This document shows positions 27,201-39,500 of a stretch of 64,000 bases of DNA, piece by piece (position 1 is the first letter of the stretch; each line of letters starts with the position of its first letter). The position numbers and the translations under genes are program-made. Source of the DNA: Lepidodermella squamata (Eukaryota > Animalia > Gastrotricha); assembly GCA_047495785.1 (NCBI GenBank), contig JBLDXI010000010.1, positions 2,604,001-2,668,000 on the forward strand, read 5' to 3'. Under the pieces are notes generated by a model, which saw only the letters and a list, made by a program, of their open reading frames with translations, made no database searches and was not told where the DNA came from.

Positions 27201-27627
27201 AATAAACATCAGCCGCGCGTGTGTTGCCGCTTTTCTTTCCGGTACAGCCAGCAATTATTTCGAGCTTTGTCGCATTTGCGGCATGCGCTCGCAAAAAAAC
27301 GAGCGAAACACCTGTCGCCGTAATTAGCCGGTCAGTTTTTGCGCGCTTGTCCACTTGATCGACCCAGCGCGCGGCAGCAAAACATCATCATCATTAACAA
27401 CAACAACAACAAGAAAAACATTGATATCAACTTCCGGCTGCTCATTAAGAATGTAGTCGTAATAGCTATATTTCGTCCCTTTTTTTAGCCGCGCTCCAAT
27501 AAGTAATGGCTAACCAGTTCGTCACCATTAAGGAACGCGCCATTTTTCACGCGCAAAAAATATGAATTAACAGATTATATTATTTGCGATTTTTTAACGT
27601 TTTTCATCTATTTTTCAAGGTTTAGAC

Positions 27628-30259
27628 ATGATTTTATTGTTATTCGTCGTCGTTGTAATTTTGTCACCAAGTGTCAACGCTCAGTTGACGCGGTCGTGTC
27701 GGCATTTGCTGAAAGCTGAATGCATCAGCGCCCACGCCGATCTCGCGCTCGATTTCGACAACCTCTGCGAATGCGATCTGCAAAGCGCGTTCAAGTCGCA
27801 GCAGAACCTGGCTATGCCGCAGCTTGACATCGTCGCCGTCACATCGCCCGGCTATTCGAGCCCCGTTAAACCGGCGGCGGCTGCGGCTGGTCCACTTCAA
27901 ACGTCGCCTGGTATCAAGTGCTTGAGATTCAGTCTTGCTAAGACAAAATTACTGCTGAGTTGCCTCGCCCAGCCGCAGTCGTTGCGATCTCTAGATTTCT
28001 ACAAGGAATCTTGGCCATCTCTGCCTGACCTTCGCAATTTGACCTCGTTAACCGTGTTGAGGCTACGCGATTTAGGCCTGTCTGAATTAGACGCGAGATC
28101 TCTTCACGGCCTGACGAGGCTACGCACGTTGGAACTGGCGAACAACAAATTCCGGTCGTTGCCGCTCGGACTGTTGGACGGTGTTCCTGGCCTCGATGAG
28201 TTGGTTCTGCACGGCAATCGGTTGGCCAAGTTGGAACGCTCGCAATTCGCAGCGGCTGGCACGAAACTGCGCCGACTCACGCTGTCCGAGATGGAATTCG
28301 CCGCCATTCCACCCGGCTTTTTCGACGTCTTTCCCGATCTCGAGTTCCTGGCTATTCGACGTAAGTTTTAAATTTCTTATCGAAGCTTAGAAATGCTAGA
28401 ATCAGAGTGCAAATTTTACAGGATACGTTTTTTCCATTCAGTTACCGTAAAAAATTTTCCGAATATATATGTAACATAGATATTTTTGAGTAGATTTATG
28501 GAAGACTGTTTACTCAAGTTCCGTTAACATTTGAACAATTTTTCACATATTTCACATTCGATCTTTTGAAATTCGGCTAGAATATTTTTAGAGCTGGTAA
28601 ATTTCGTGGTTAATTTCAACGAAGACAGAAATTGTGGGGTAAATACCTGTTCTCTCAAGCAGGTCTCACTTTCTCGAATGAGCCAGATAAAACGGAAAAT
28701 TGGCACTAGATATCTAATTTCGTTTAATTTTCAAAAATTATTTTATCAAAATTTAAAAACAATTGAAGTAAATTTTTTATATAGACTCCTTAGGTATTAA
28801 TTAGGATTATCTTTTCCATTGTCCATCTCTATTTTTTATTTAAATAGGCACTTTTCTGAGTCACGTTCCGAGTCTGGGCACCCTGCGCCGGCTGCGCGAA
28901 CTGCACCTGGACCAAAACCGCATCTCGTCGATCGAGACGAACGCCTTCGCCGGGCTCTACGCCCTCCGCACGTTAGACATGAGGCGCAACTGGCTGCGGT
29001 CGTTCGCCGGCGAACTGCTCGCCAACCAGCTGCAGCACCTCGACGCGCTCTGGCTCGGCGACAACATCTTCACGTGCGACTGCCGCCTCGCTTCGCTGGC
29101 GCAGTGGCTCGCGAGCCGCGCCTCACTGCTGCGCAACGGCGCCTCGCGGCCCGTGCTGTCACTCGACGCCAACAACGACGCGTGCTCGCTGTCTTCGGTG
29201 CGCACCCGCCTCGGCTGCGGACCGCGTTGCGAGAACCGGACGCCAGCCGACTTCTTCATCGACGCCTCGCCCGACCAACTCACCTGCACGACGACCTCAA
29301 CCACGACCACATCGACCAGCACTACGAAACCGAAAGTGAAACCTCAGCCGAAGAAGAGCCGAATCGCCAATCGACCTGCGTGGTACCTGGGCGACGATTT
29401 GAGCGACGAAATCGACGACACACCCATCGCGTTCAACACCTTCGACACGCCTCTGCTGTTCGTCGGAGCCGCCGAGTCGTCGACACCCCTGCCCCTGTTC
29501 GCCATCGACAAATTCTCGCTTGTGCTGTGGCTGGCGATTGTCGCGGCTTTGTCGCTGATAGTCGTAGTTGTCGTGACAATCGTCGTGCGGTACCGAGCGC
29601 AGAAACGGCGCTTCAACCCGCGGCGACAGGGCTGCAACTCGAAGGTCGCAAGCCCGGACAGCGCCTCGTCCGAGTCGAGCCACGCCTCAACCACCGGGCC
29701 GTTGCACGACGAAGAGATGGCTGTGCCGCCGAAACAGTCTTCGTGCTGCGTGCCTCGCGTTGAAAACAACAACAATCAGCCGATGACTCAGGCGAGTCGC
29801 GAGTCGAGCGGCATGTCAGTCGCCGAGCGGGCGGCGAACCGCGCAGCCCCTATCGCTACGAAGGCGGATTGGTCGCCGCTGTTCGAGGCGAAAAACCGGG
29901 CTGCTACCACCTTCTCGTCGCCCCTACTCGTGTCGGTTGACTCGGCGCCGAGGCCGAAACCCGTGTCAACCGCCTTCGCCATCGAACCGCTGCTTCTACC
30001 GTCGCGACGCGTCACCGGCACGCTGCAGCACGCGACACCTGTGCAGGTGCAATCGCAGCCGAGTCGAGCGACGATGACGCTGAACCGCGCCCATCAAACC
30101 GTGCTAGGCGGCGGCGCCGTGCTGTACCCGGCGTACAAGACGCTCAGCAAAAGCAGCCACGTCACGCTCAACTCGTCGCTGTCGTCGTCGAACGGCAGCT
30201 CACCGTCTCGAGTCGCCGCTGCCGCGCTGCTGCGCGACAACTCCGAGAGCCTCGTTTGA
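27628..30259 (+). CDS. Leucine-rich-repeat type-I transmembrane protein, ~714 aa, exons 27628-28360 and 28848-30259
   Basis: Signal peptide, LxxLxLxxNxL repeats, LRRCT cap (NIFTCDCRLASLAQWL), Thr-rich stalk, TM helix (LVLWLAIVAALSLIVVVVVTIVV) and a disordered tail ending in the class-I PDZ motif ESLV. Confidence 0.88.
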
Positions 30260-30808
30260 CAGCCAGGTCATCCTTCGTCACGACGTCCGACACACTTCGG
30301 TGCTTTCCTACTTTTTTACTAAACATATTATGACATCAACCAACGCCAGAGCTTAGCCAAAAATGAAAACTGTACAGAGCTTTATCAGCTTCCGACTGCG
30401 AGCTTCCCTTGTGCACACCCTATCTCGTTTCATTCATATCAACGACTGATATTTGTTATATTATATTATATTGTAATGTATAAAAACGATGCTTTGATTT
30501 CGATAGTAATAATAATAATATGACAATTTTTGTGTAATAAAATTCTATGATAATATACGCCGATAATTTCTATCGATTTTGTTTTCGTAAACGAACGCGT
30601 CATATGCGTCTCATTGCTGCTGCTGAGCGGAGCGGGGGCGAGCGGGCGATAAGCTTATCGATCCAGCTCAGCGGCCACACTCTCGCATCATCGCCCGATC
30701 GATATTCGCAGTAAAAATACGAGACGAGCACACATCTGCAAAAACAAAACATCACAAAGTGACTTTTCTCCCTCCATTTCATAGTAGGATTTTACTACAA
30801 AACGAGAC

Positions 30809-31387
30809 ATGCGTTTAAGTTGCGTGATAACTGCGTTGTTAGGCTACTGCATCGCCTTAGCTAGTGCGTCTCGTGGATTCGAAGACGCTGCCTTCGACTT
30901 TGACAACGACGTCGCCGCTCCGTTGAGTTTCTTCCGCGGCTACGGCGCCGAGCCGCCAGTCGAGCTCGAAGCCGCTGCCGAGGATGATGACGATGAATCA
31001 GAGGCTGAAGACGGCGACGCCGATGAGGCCGCCAGTTTGTCGTCGATGCTAGTCGACAAGCAGAGCATGTACGCCGCGAAACCGTCGCCAGCGCCGGTCG
31101 AAAAGCACCGCAGCTACTGCCACCCGCCGAACCCGTGTCCCAAGGGACACACGCCCGCTGCGAATGGCTGCCAGCTCGGCGTCAAGGACACGGCTGACTG
31201 GAACCGATTGGACCAGGAACGGAATATGCGCAACGGCATTTGCGCCTGTGACGTCGAACACATGTTTTCATGCCCGCCCGGAGTACCAACTGTCTCGGTT
31301 GCCACAGCTAAGCAGGTCTCGCAACAGCAGCAACAACAACAGCAGCAGAAACTTGTTCAGAAGAAGTCGCCGCCTCCTTTCATCTAA
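30809..31387 (+). CDS. SCG5: Neuroendocrine protein 7B2 (secretogranin V, PC2 chaperone), 192 aa
   Basis: Signal peptide; YCHPPNPCPKG...GC...CACDVEHMFSCP core typical of invertebrate 7B2; C-terminal LVQKKSP resembling the VAKKS inhibitory motif. Confidence 0.85.
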   Translation: MRLSCVITALLGYCIALASASRGFEDAAFDFDNDVAAPLSFFRGYGAEPPVELEAAAEDDDDESEAEDGDADEAASLSSMLVDKQSMYAAKPSPAPVEKHRSYCHPPNPCPKGHTPAANGCQLGVKDTADWNRLDQERNMRNGICACDVEHMFSCPPGVPTVSVATAKQVSQQQQQQQQQKLVQKKSPPPFI

Positions 31388-34300
31388 AAAGCCAAAATCC
31401 ATCAGCTTTCCGTCCTGTTGTTATTCACATCGTATTGTACTGTCTTGAGGCACCTTGAAATGTCTTCTTCTTATTTTAACAGCTGTTGTTATGAGACCAA
31501 GTTTATTTTTACATCCTGAGGGGACACATCACGCCATTTTATCTCGCGAGCACAGACTAATTCATATTATGATCAGTAAGTATGGCATTGACGAACCGGT
31601 GACTATATCCAATTCATACACAAGTAATTGGCAAATTTAATCACATAGCTGTGTAAATGACCGCAGCGAACTCTATTTTTGCTGCCACGTGGAATGTTAA
31701 TTTCGTGGCCGATTTGCCGCAATGAATGCCGTTTTTATTATACGTTGCCAACTGTGTGAATGGAGACGCTTCTTTTATCGACTGCGTCAGGCCATATTTT
31801 CAAGATTATTCTCCCTTCCAATGAGAATGGCGTGTTCGCTTATTTTCTGTGCCGATAAGGATAGATGTCCCTCGCTGCATCAAAAGCAGCATTGAACTTC
31901 GCAAAAATGAGCACTTCGCTCTTCGAATTCGCATTATTTTCATGTAAATACTGGTGAAATTGTGAATATCTATTGATTTTATATGGTGTCCTGTAAAGTC
32001 TTGCGCAGAGTCAATTTTGCTTTTATTTTATTTTTTAATACCAAACATTGACGATCGAAAACCAGTCGTTGAATTGAATAAAATGAAATGATTACTTTAA
32101 TAATTGTCTCTTCTCTGATAAAGATGATAAAGAGCTGAGTGAATAATGTTAAGTGCTGGTGAAAAGTAACCGGAGTCGGTGAAAAGAGTAAACCTGAGAA
32201 AAGAGCTTGGCAGGGAAGGGTAACTTCTAACAGTTCACCTGCAGTTACCAGCGGCAGAAGTTGTAGAGAACTGAAAAAATAGATAGCAATAAATGGACTA
32301 GATGTATTTCAAATGTATTTGTTGTCGGTTAACGCTAACAATGTCTTCTCTCTTCACGCTTACCTCGCGCCTCGGTTTCCCACCACTCAGCAGATTTTTC
32401 ATCATTTCCTGCAGCAAACAAATTTTACACCATCTTTCACGAAGAAAATATGTTTTATTTGAAGATATTAATGTTAAATATATGTTTAATTTATATATTT
32501 ATTTGCGTTCTTGACAAAGTCACATAAAAAAATAAGGGTAGCAGAATGCCTTTTGTTCGGTTTTTTCTAAGCCGGGTAAGAGGTTTTACGGTTTGCCGGG
32601 GTAACCTGATCGGTCCTGCAGCCGGCGCCTAACCGCATTTTTTCTGGGTCAAAGTGGACATTTGCTCCACCTTGAGGTTACATTTCATCTTTTCTCATTG
32701 CCAGCTTGGTGCACCTTCCACCTTCCACTCCTAAGCTGAAAGGGTCTGTGGTAATTCAAGTAACGCTGTAAGTATTCCTTACTGGCTGATCCCTTGTGCT
32801 GTATATTGCGGAATACCGATGGTTTCATTACATTCACTTTAATCTCGAATCTCTATAGGGTTATTTGCTTTACCGTTCACCGTTCAATTGTGCTTTTTCA
32901 ACTACGCGCACCTCAGTACTCAGTATTAAAGAATTATTGGAACTGTGGCATTCTTGATTGCAATTCCGTCAATGTGATGATGATGTGTTTTCTATGCTTG
33001 ACGCTGTAGGGTGAGAAAAGTTTAGCGTCATAGCTTTGCGTTTATTGTGTTTAACGTTTATTTTTAATTTTCGCCTATATTTCAAATCCGTGAACTCATA
33101 GGCATTTGCTCAAATCTTGAATTTGAGACTGCCCCTGTACGAATCGCAAATCGTATCGAGTGATCCAACCTTAAGTCATTTCTGAACTGAGAGGAAGAAG
33201 TAACTTTCTACCTCAGTAGTTGATGATCGAGCTTTCCAGCCGTCAATTGCCCTGTGTAATGGCCAACGCTAAGGCGTGAGTTCTCATTGTTACATACTCG
33301 TAGGTCAGAGGTCTACTGCATCGAAGATTTTGAAGGTATTTGGTCTCTATTGATAGTCGACAAGTTGAAATTTAGAGAGCATTGAGCATTGCCAAATGAA
33401 GCTATGCCACACCGGCGAAAGATTCCGTTCACTTTACTCTTTGTTTGATCTATGCTTGAGTATTCTTGTATAAGTTATAGGGTATCGAAGTAAACTGTAA
33501 CATATTTCTCGCTCTATGCATTTTTTCTAAAAATGGTTGTTGCAAATTATTAATTTTTGATAATTACACAGCATTCAACCTTAAGATTAAGATGAGGTTA
33601 AGACGTCACCCACAACTCTGTTGCTGTTCAGTTGTGAAGTCCTCGCGTCATGATTCTGCGTTAGCGTGGGATCGTTTTCGCAGAGCCAAGCTTGTATAGG
33701 TAGCTGCATGAAGTTACCTTTGCTCAATCGTATCAATCATATCATAGTGTCTAGTAATCAACAGTCTTAGTAGATGATCTCCACGCAGAATTACCCATGA
33801 CTTCGGGCGAGTTGTTGACCGCAACTGCTTGGTTAGTCAGAAGTTGAAATATATTGGAAAACTTTTCTTGGCATTTGAATCGCCTTGCGAAATGTTAGAT
33901 TTATCAGTGCGATTCGGCAGGACAATCATTTGAAGTTTACGCTTCGAATTGTCAAATCAGGTCAATTCAGAGCCACACCGGCTTTCGGTTGTGTGTGCGT
34001 GTGTAAGACAGCGGAAACGCAATTGTCACGTATGACCGGTCACACAGCTGAACAACTTGAATGAGTAGATTTGATTAGCGGCAGCGCCAGCAATTTGTTT
34101 AATGCGCCTCACAGTCGTAAAAATAAATCTGCGGCTCGAGAGTGCCTTGTGAACCTTGCGATTTAATGGCTTTGCTGCGCATTGCTTTCTTACTCGTTAT
34201 AGCCCTGCATTTGTGTTAGTGTGTGTTTGCAATTGTTGTTGCCGGAGCTCTGGCGTTATCCAGGCTAAGCGTGAGCATATATATATTTATATATGTGTTG

Positions 34301-36582
34301 TAGATACAGCAGCAGTCGTAAAAAAGTGTGATAGGATTGTTATCAGCAGCAGCAGCAGCAGCGCGAGCTCGCCAGGATTTGGCCTCGCTTCACACCACAC
34401 GCACGTCTCTCTCCTGTGTGTGTGTGTGTGTGTGCTTGGGAAATGGCTTTTTCATGCGCCTGCAAGCGTAGCATTGTTTATGTCTGCTTGCTTTGCACCC
34501 GAGATCTCAGACGTCTTATAGCCTCGATCATCGCTAGCTATCCGCTCGTGTTTTTCGCGTCGAAGGATGAATAAACCAACCTGCCGTATGAATAAATAAT
34601 AAACCTGAAATTGGTCTGGCTGCGTTTATTTACTTGCACAAGCCACGTGACACGAGCCGGCTGTTTGCGGTTTTTTGCGCAGTTTTGTGTCCATCAATTA
34701 GCTGGTATAAAATGTGCCGAAAGTGCGGTGAATTTTTAGCATTAAAAAACTGCTGTTTTATTGCATTCGCGCGCCGATTGCGAGGTCCGCGCATTTTTAT
34801 TAAACACTCACTCGCACACACACACACACGCACGAGCACAGACATTGAGAAAACGCGTTTGCGTTTCCAGCTTGTCTCGATGATTCCAGGATAGATTTTT
34901 GACTGTTGCTGTAACAACGCCATGTATATTTTTTTCGCGTCATGTAGCAGCAGCAGCAGCAACCCACTCGTCGCCATCGCCATCGAGTTGGTTTAGTAGT
35001 CAACGAGAGCGGCGCTATGCGTGTGTTTTTTGTGGCGTTGATGACAATTTATGTGCAGCACAGGTCTAATCCATTACTGCGCGATATTATAGCGTTGAGG
35101 CTCCAGCCACATATGTACAACCACAGCGTGTGGCTGAGGCGATGATACCTGCTGCTGCTGCTGCCTCGTTTTTTTGAAATTCTATCAACGGTAAACATGC
35201 GTGTCTTTCTTTCAATTACTTCTCCTTTCAAGTAAACTGCGTAGTTTTTTTCAACAACCAAACTGACGACGCTCGGCAGTGTATTAAGAGAGAGAGAGAG
35301 AGCGTCAAACGAACTATATCGTTGTAGAAATACTTAGTAGTAGTAGTAGTAATAATAATTTACAACCGCCAAGTCAGTTAGTCATTTTGACTCTTTGTGA
35401 TTTATCGACGAAGACGACGACGATGAGGACGACAGGGATGAAAAGCAGGCGCGGTGGCCTGCTTTCCCACGGCCTGGCTGGCAGCAGTTAGCAGCAGCAG
35501 CTGCTCGTTTTTATGGCTTTGTGGCCGCATTTAGCGCAGCGTGAGAACCGCCCATCAGTTTCAGCTTTATTGTGGGTCATTCCTCACATGCATCTCGCGC
35601 ACACACATTGCGAGGAGAAGTTTTATTGCCCAGCTCTCTCACAGCTACAAGCACTTGTTGCTTATCGCCACCACCACCACTAGCACAACTCACAGTCGCT
35701 CGTTGGCTGTGTGTGTGTGTGTTAAAAACGCGACCGGCAGTTGGTTGGTTGGTTGGTTGGTACAAAGGGCGCGCGATGCTTGTTTTTGATAACACCAGTT
35801 GATAACAACGAGAACAGCTTTTCCCTCTCTCCCCTCGTTATTATTATTATTACTACTTCTTATTGTGAGCGAGACGCACAGAGTGAGAGAGAGAGAATGG
35901 CGGAGGAACAGAACAGAGGAGGTAACTACTCGGCGTCATCATGTAGTTTTTGTCGTCGTCGTCGTCATTGATCGATTATTGCCGGCTTGCTCGATAGTAT
36001 ATTTCCATGTATGTATGTATGTACGTATGTACGTATTGGATGGATGTGTGAGTGAGTGGATTAGCTGAGCGTGAAATCCGACGACGACGACGACGAGTTG
36101 CCGGTTGTTGCTTCTTATATTACTCGGTGTTTTTTCTTCGTCTTCTTCTTCTTGTACAACTACTACAACTGCGTCGTTGCAATTAACACGTGGTGGTATA
36201 TGCAGCAGCAGTAGTAGTAATAATAATAATATTTCCGCTGTATTTTTTTCTTGTTTTTACCCATGATGTTGTAGGTTCACCCAGCTACAGCACTGACTGT
36301 GTTATCAGTTGCTATTTTTATAACACCAAAATCTCACTGTTAATCATCCGTCAATCGGCTGCTGTTTCAGCAAACATCATCATCTGCAACTGCAATACAC
36401 GTTATTACGATGAAATGTTTTCGTTGGTGTAATGCTGCCGCGTGCTGAGCGCGCATTGTCTCGTCGCAGTCGTCGTCAAAACCAGGTCATCATTGTGCGC
36501 GATGCTTTTTTTATCAGCTGCCATAGCAGCACAACAACAACAACAACAACAACAACTGTAGTAGCAGTAGCAGCAGAAGTGA

Positions 36583-39500
36583 ATGGCTACTTCGCAAATC
36601 GCTAGTAGTTGCGTGCCGCAGCCGCCGCCGTTGTTGTCGGCGCTCGAAACGACACCGGTGCGGGGAGGCAGCACGCCGCGGCACAACCGCCACAGCCGCA
36701 ACAACGGCACCGCCTCGCCGTCGTCATCCTTGCCACCACAGCCGTCACAGCCTGCCAACACAACCAGCTTGTGTGCGCTGTGCCACCGCGAGACGTCGTC
36801 GGTGGCGAACCGCGGCGTCGAATCCAGCGACCACAACCACTACGTGCAACAACTGGTGATGCGCCAGGGCGTTGGCGAGCGCGTGTCGCTGTGCGCCGAC
36901 TGCTCGGAGCTCACCACCTCCCCCTCGACTGCTGCGACGGCCGGCGGTGGCAGTGGCAGTGGCGACAACTCGTCGACGGCGCCTCTTCTCGCCATCAGTC
37001 GCAGCAATAGCAGCAACAACCATTATCATCATCCGCAGCAGCAGCAGCAGCAGCAGCACTACCCTGTGATGGTGCCGGTGGGCGCCAAGTCGTCGGATCT
37101 CGTGCCGGTGTCGCAGCCGGAAATCGCCGAAATCTTCGACTCGGAGGCGGCGGCAGGCGGCGGCGGCGGCGCCGATGCCGACTCGACTGCCTCCACCGAG
37201 TCGCGCTACGTCGTGCCACCCGACGGCGGCTGGGGCTGGGTCGTCGTCACCGCGTCTTTCTTCATCTGCTTCATCGTCGATTCAGTCGCCTACAGTTACC
37301 CGTATGTGTATAGTCTTATCGTAATCTAATGTTTTAATTTCGAAAAATCTACAATTCACAGGATGATTTATGCGAACTTGACGTCGAATACCATCGACGG
37401 CCCGGTGGCGTTTTTCATTGGCGCCACGCTAATGGCTCTCTACATGATCACCGGTAATTTTACCTCTCGTTTATTTCTTTTTTTTCTCGTCATAGATTGT
37501 AGTAGATTGTAGGTAATAATATTATTACTTAATTAGCGCGCGTTGACCTGGGCTATTTTGCTGTTCTGCGCATTTTCGCACACATGGCAATAAAACAGCA
37601 AAGCGATGTGCGTTGTGCGAGGTGTTTTTCACGTCGTCGTTTATTTTTAGCCACTCGTGTGTTATTTTTTAGACGCGTTTTCATTAATTTGGTAATCAAA
37701 ACTCGCCTTATTGCCCTTCTTTTACTACTACTGCGTTCGTGTTTGATGAATTGCGGCTTGCCTAGGCTTCGAACACGACACGACTCGAATTCCTAGCTCC
37801 TTGCTGCTAATTTAGCGAGATTATGATGATGAAGATGATGAAGAAATTCGTTCTTGTTCGATCTAGGGTGTCCTTCTCGCGCGTTTTCGACGTTGTCGTT
37901 CATTCGCATTAGGGTCAATCGAGTACGCGTACGCGCAGCATTTTCAGTACTTCTTCTTACTCTTCTTCTTCTTGTTGTATTAAACAATGCGCGTATTGTG
38001 TGCGTATGTGCGACGCGGTATTATTATTATTATTTGTAGCGAAATACTTAGCTTGTAATAAAAAGCGGCCGTCTCAAGTGAGAATAATAAAGCAGCTTTT
38101 ACTTCTTCTTCTTCGCGTTTGTTATTAATATGTACAAACAAAGTGCACACACAGTAGTGTGTCCTCTTGCGTTGTCAATCACGTGAAAAATGGCATTGTA
38201 GCTTTAGTGGTAGTAGTCGATACTGCCAGACAGCGAGCGGCGCCTCGAGGCGTTCTACTTCATCGTGTCTCAATAATTTTAAGGTGCGGTCTTCTGTTTT
38301 TCTGAACTCGCGGCGAATTCAGCGATAGAGATCATAGAAATGACAAGAAATTGAAATGAAATGTTGAGTAAAGTTGAGGAGTACCTAGCTAACTGTGTAT
38401 TATTTGCGTAATTGCAGCTCCTTTCGCCTCGGCGCTGGTCAACGTGTACGGAACGAGGCGAGTAATCGTGCTCGGGTCGATCCTGACGTCGACCGGGCTG
38501 ATCGTGTCGTCGCGGACGGCGGAGAACGACGTGTACTGGCTGATCCTGACGTTCGGCGTGATGGGCGGCGTCGGGCTCGGCATGATGTACATCGGCGCCA
38601 TGGTCTCGGTCGGCACGTACTTTGACAAGCGGCGGCCGTTGGCGCTCGCGCTAGCCGTCTGCGGCTCCGGGCTCGGCATGGGCCTCTTCCCGCTCGTCGC
38701 CCACCACCTCTTCGACCACTTCGGCCTCGCCGCTGCGCTCGAACTCTACGCGTGTTTTGTCCTTCAAGGTAAACACAACATCATTTATTTGTTTTTTTTT
38801 CATCACCTCCTGTTGTTTTCGATTCGGTTTTTTATTCCTCACAATACTAGATTTTAGGCACATATTACACACCTATTATTACTGCGGTGAAAACGACACA
38901 AGCGCGCTGTTGCGATTTTATTGCGTTACTATCATGTCGCGTGCGCAGTAATAAATATATTGCTTTAATCTGATTAGCACGTGATTTTTCTACTATTATA
39001 TACCTGTGCGCGTTGTTTGCCTAATGTCTGGCGATTATTTGCGTATCTGCGCGCGGTGACAAATAGGTACATTATTTCAATCACGCGTCCCTGTTTCTTT
39101 TTTTTCGGCCTACCTGCCTGCCTCAATGGTGAATTGAGGTTTATTACTCATTTTATTGCTATTCATAGCGGCGATCGATTATTAATAACGGCAGGGTGGT
39201 TGGTGTTCGTGGCCTTTGACCCCTCTAGGGTTCATCGCGTTGTCGACACGTTCGCATGAGGATGATGATGATGAAAAAGTGCTGCTGCTATGAATAGCAG
39301 GGGGCATTGAGTGCATCCATCGACGGCTTATTCGTATGCATTTAATGTGCAATACTATAGTAGTAGTAGTATGCGTATGTATTACGTACGAAATGGCGGC
39401 ATCTATGTATGCAGGCAGGGAAGAAAAAAAACCGCTTGGCTTGAGGGTAAATACATTGCGAGCGTTCGTGCATGCTTCTTCTTCACGTGCCTGGTAAATA

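Noticed and set aside
24200-27600. ORFs and possible genes in the long region upstream of the LRR gene
   Set aside because: Microsatellite-derived low-complexity translations with no coherent exon chain; more likely regulatory or UTR-intron DNA.
33900-36580. ORFs upstream of the SLC16 gene
   Set aside because: Simple-repeat-rich non-coding sequence without codon bias.
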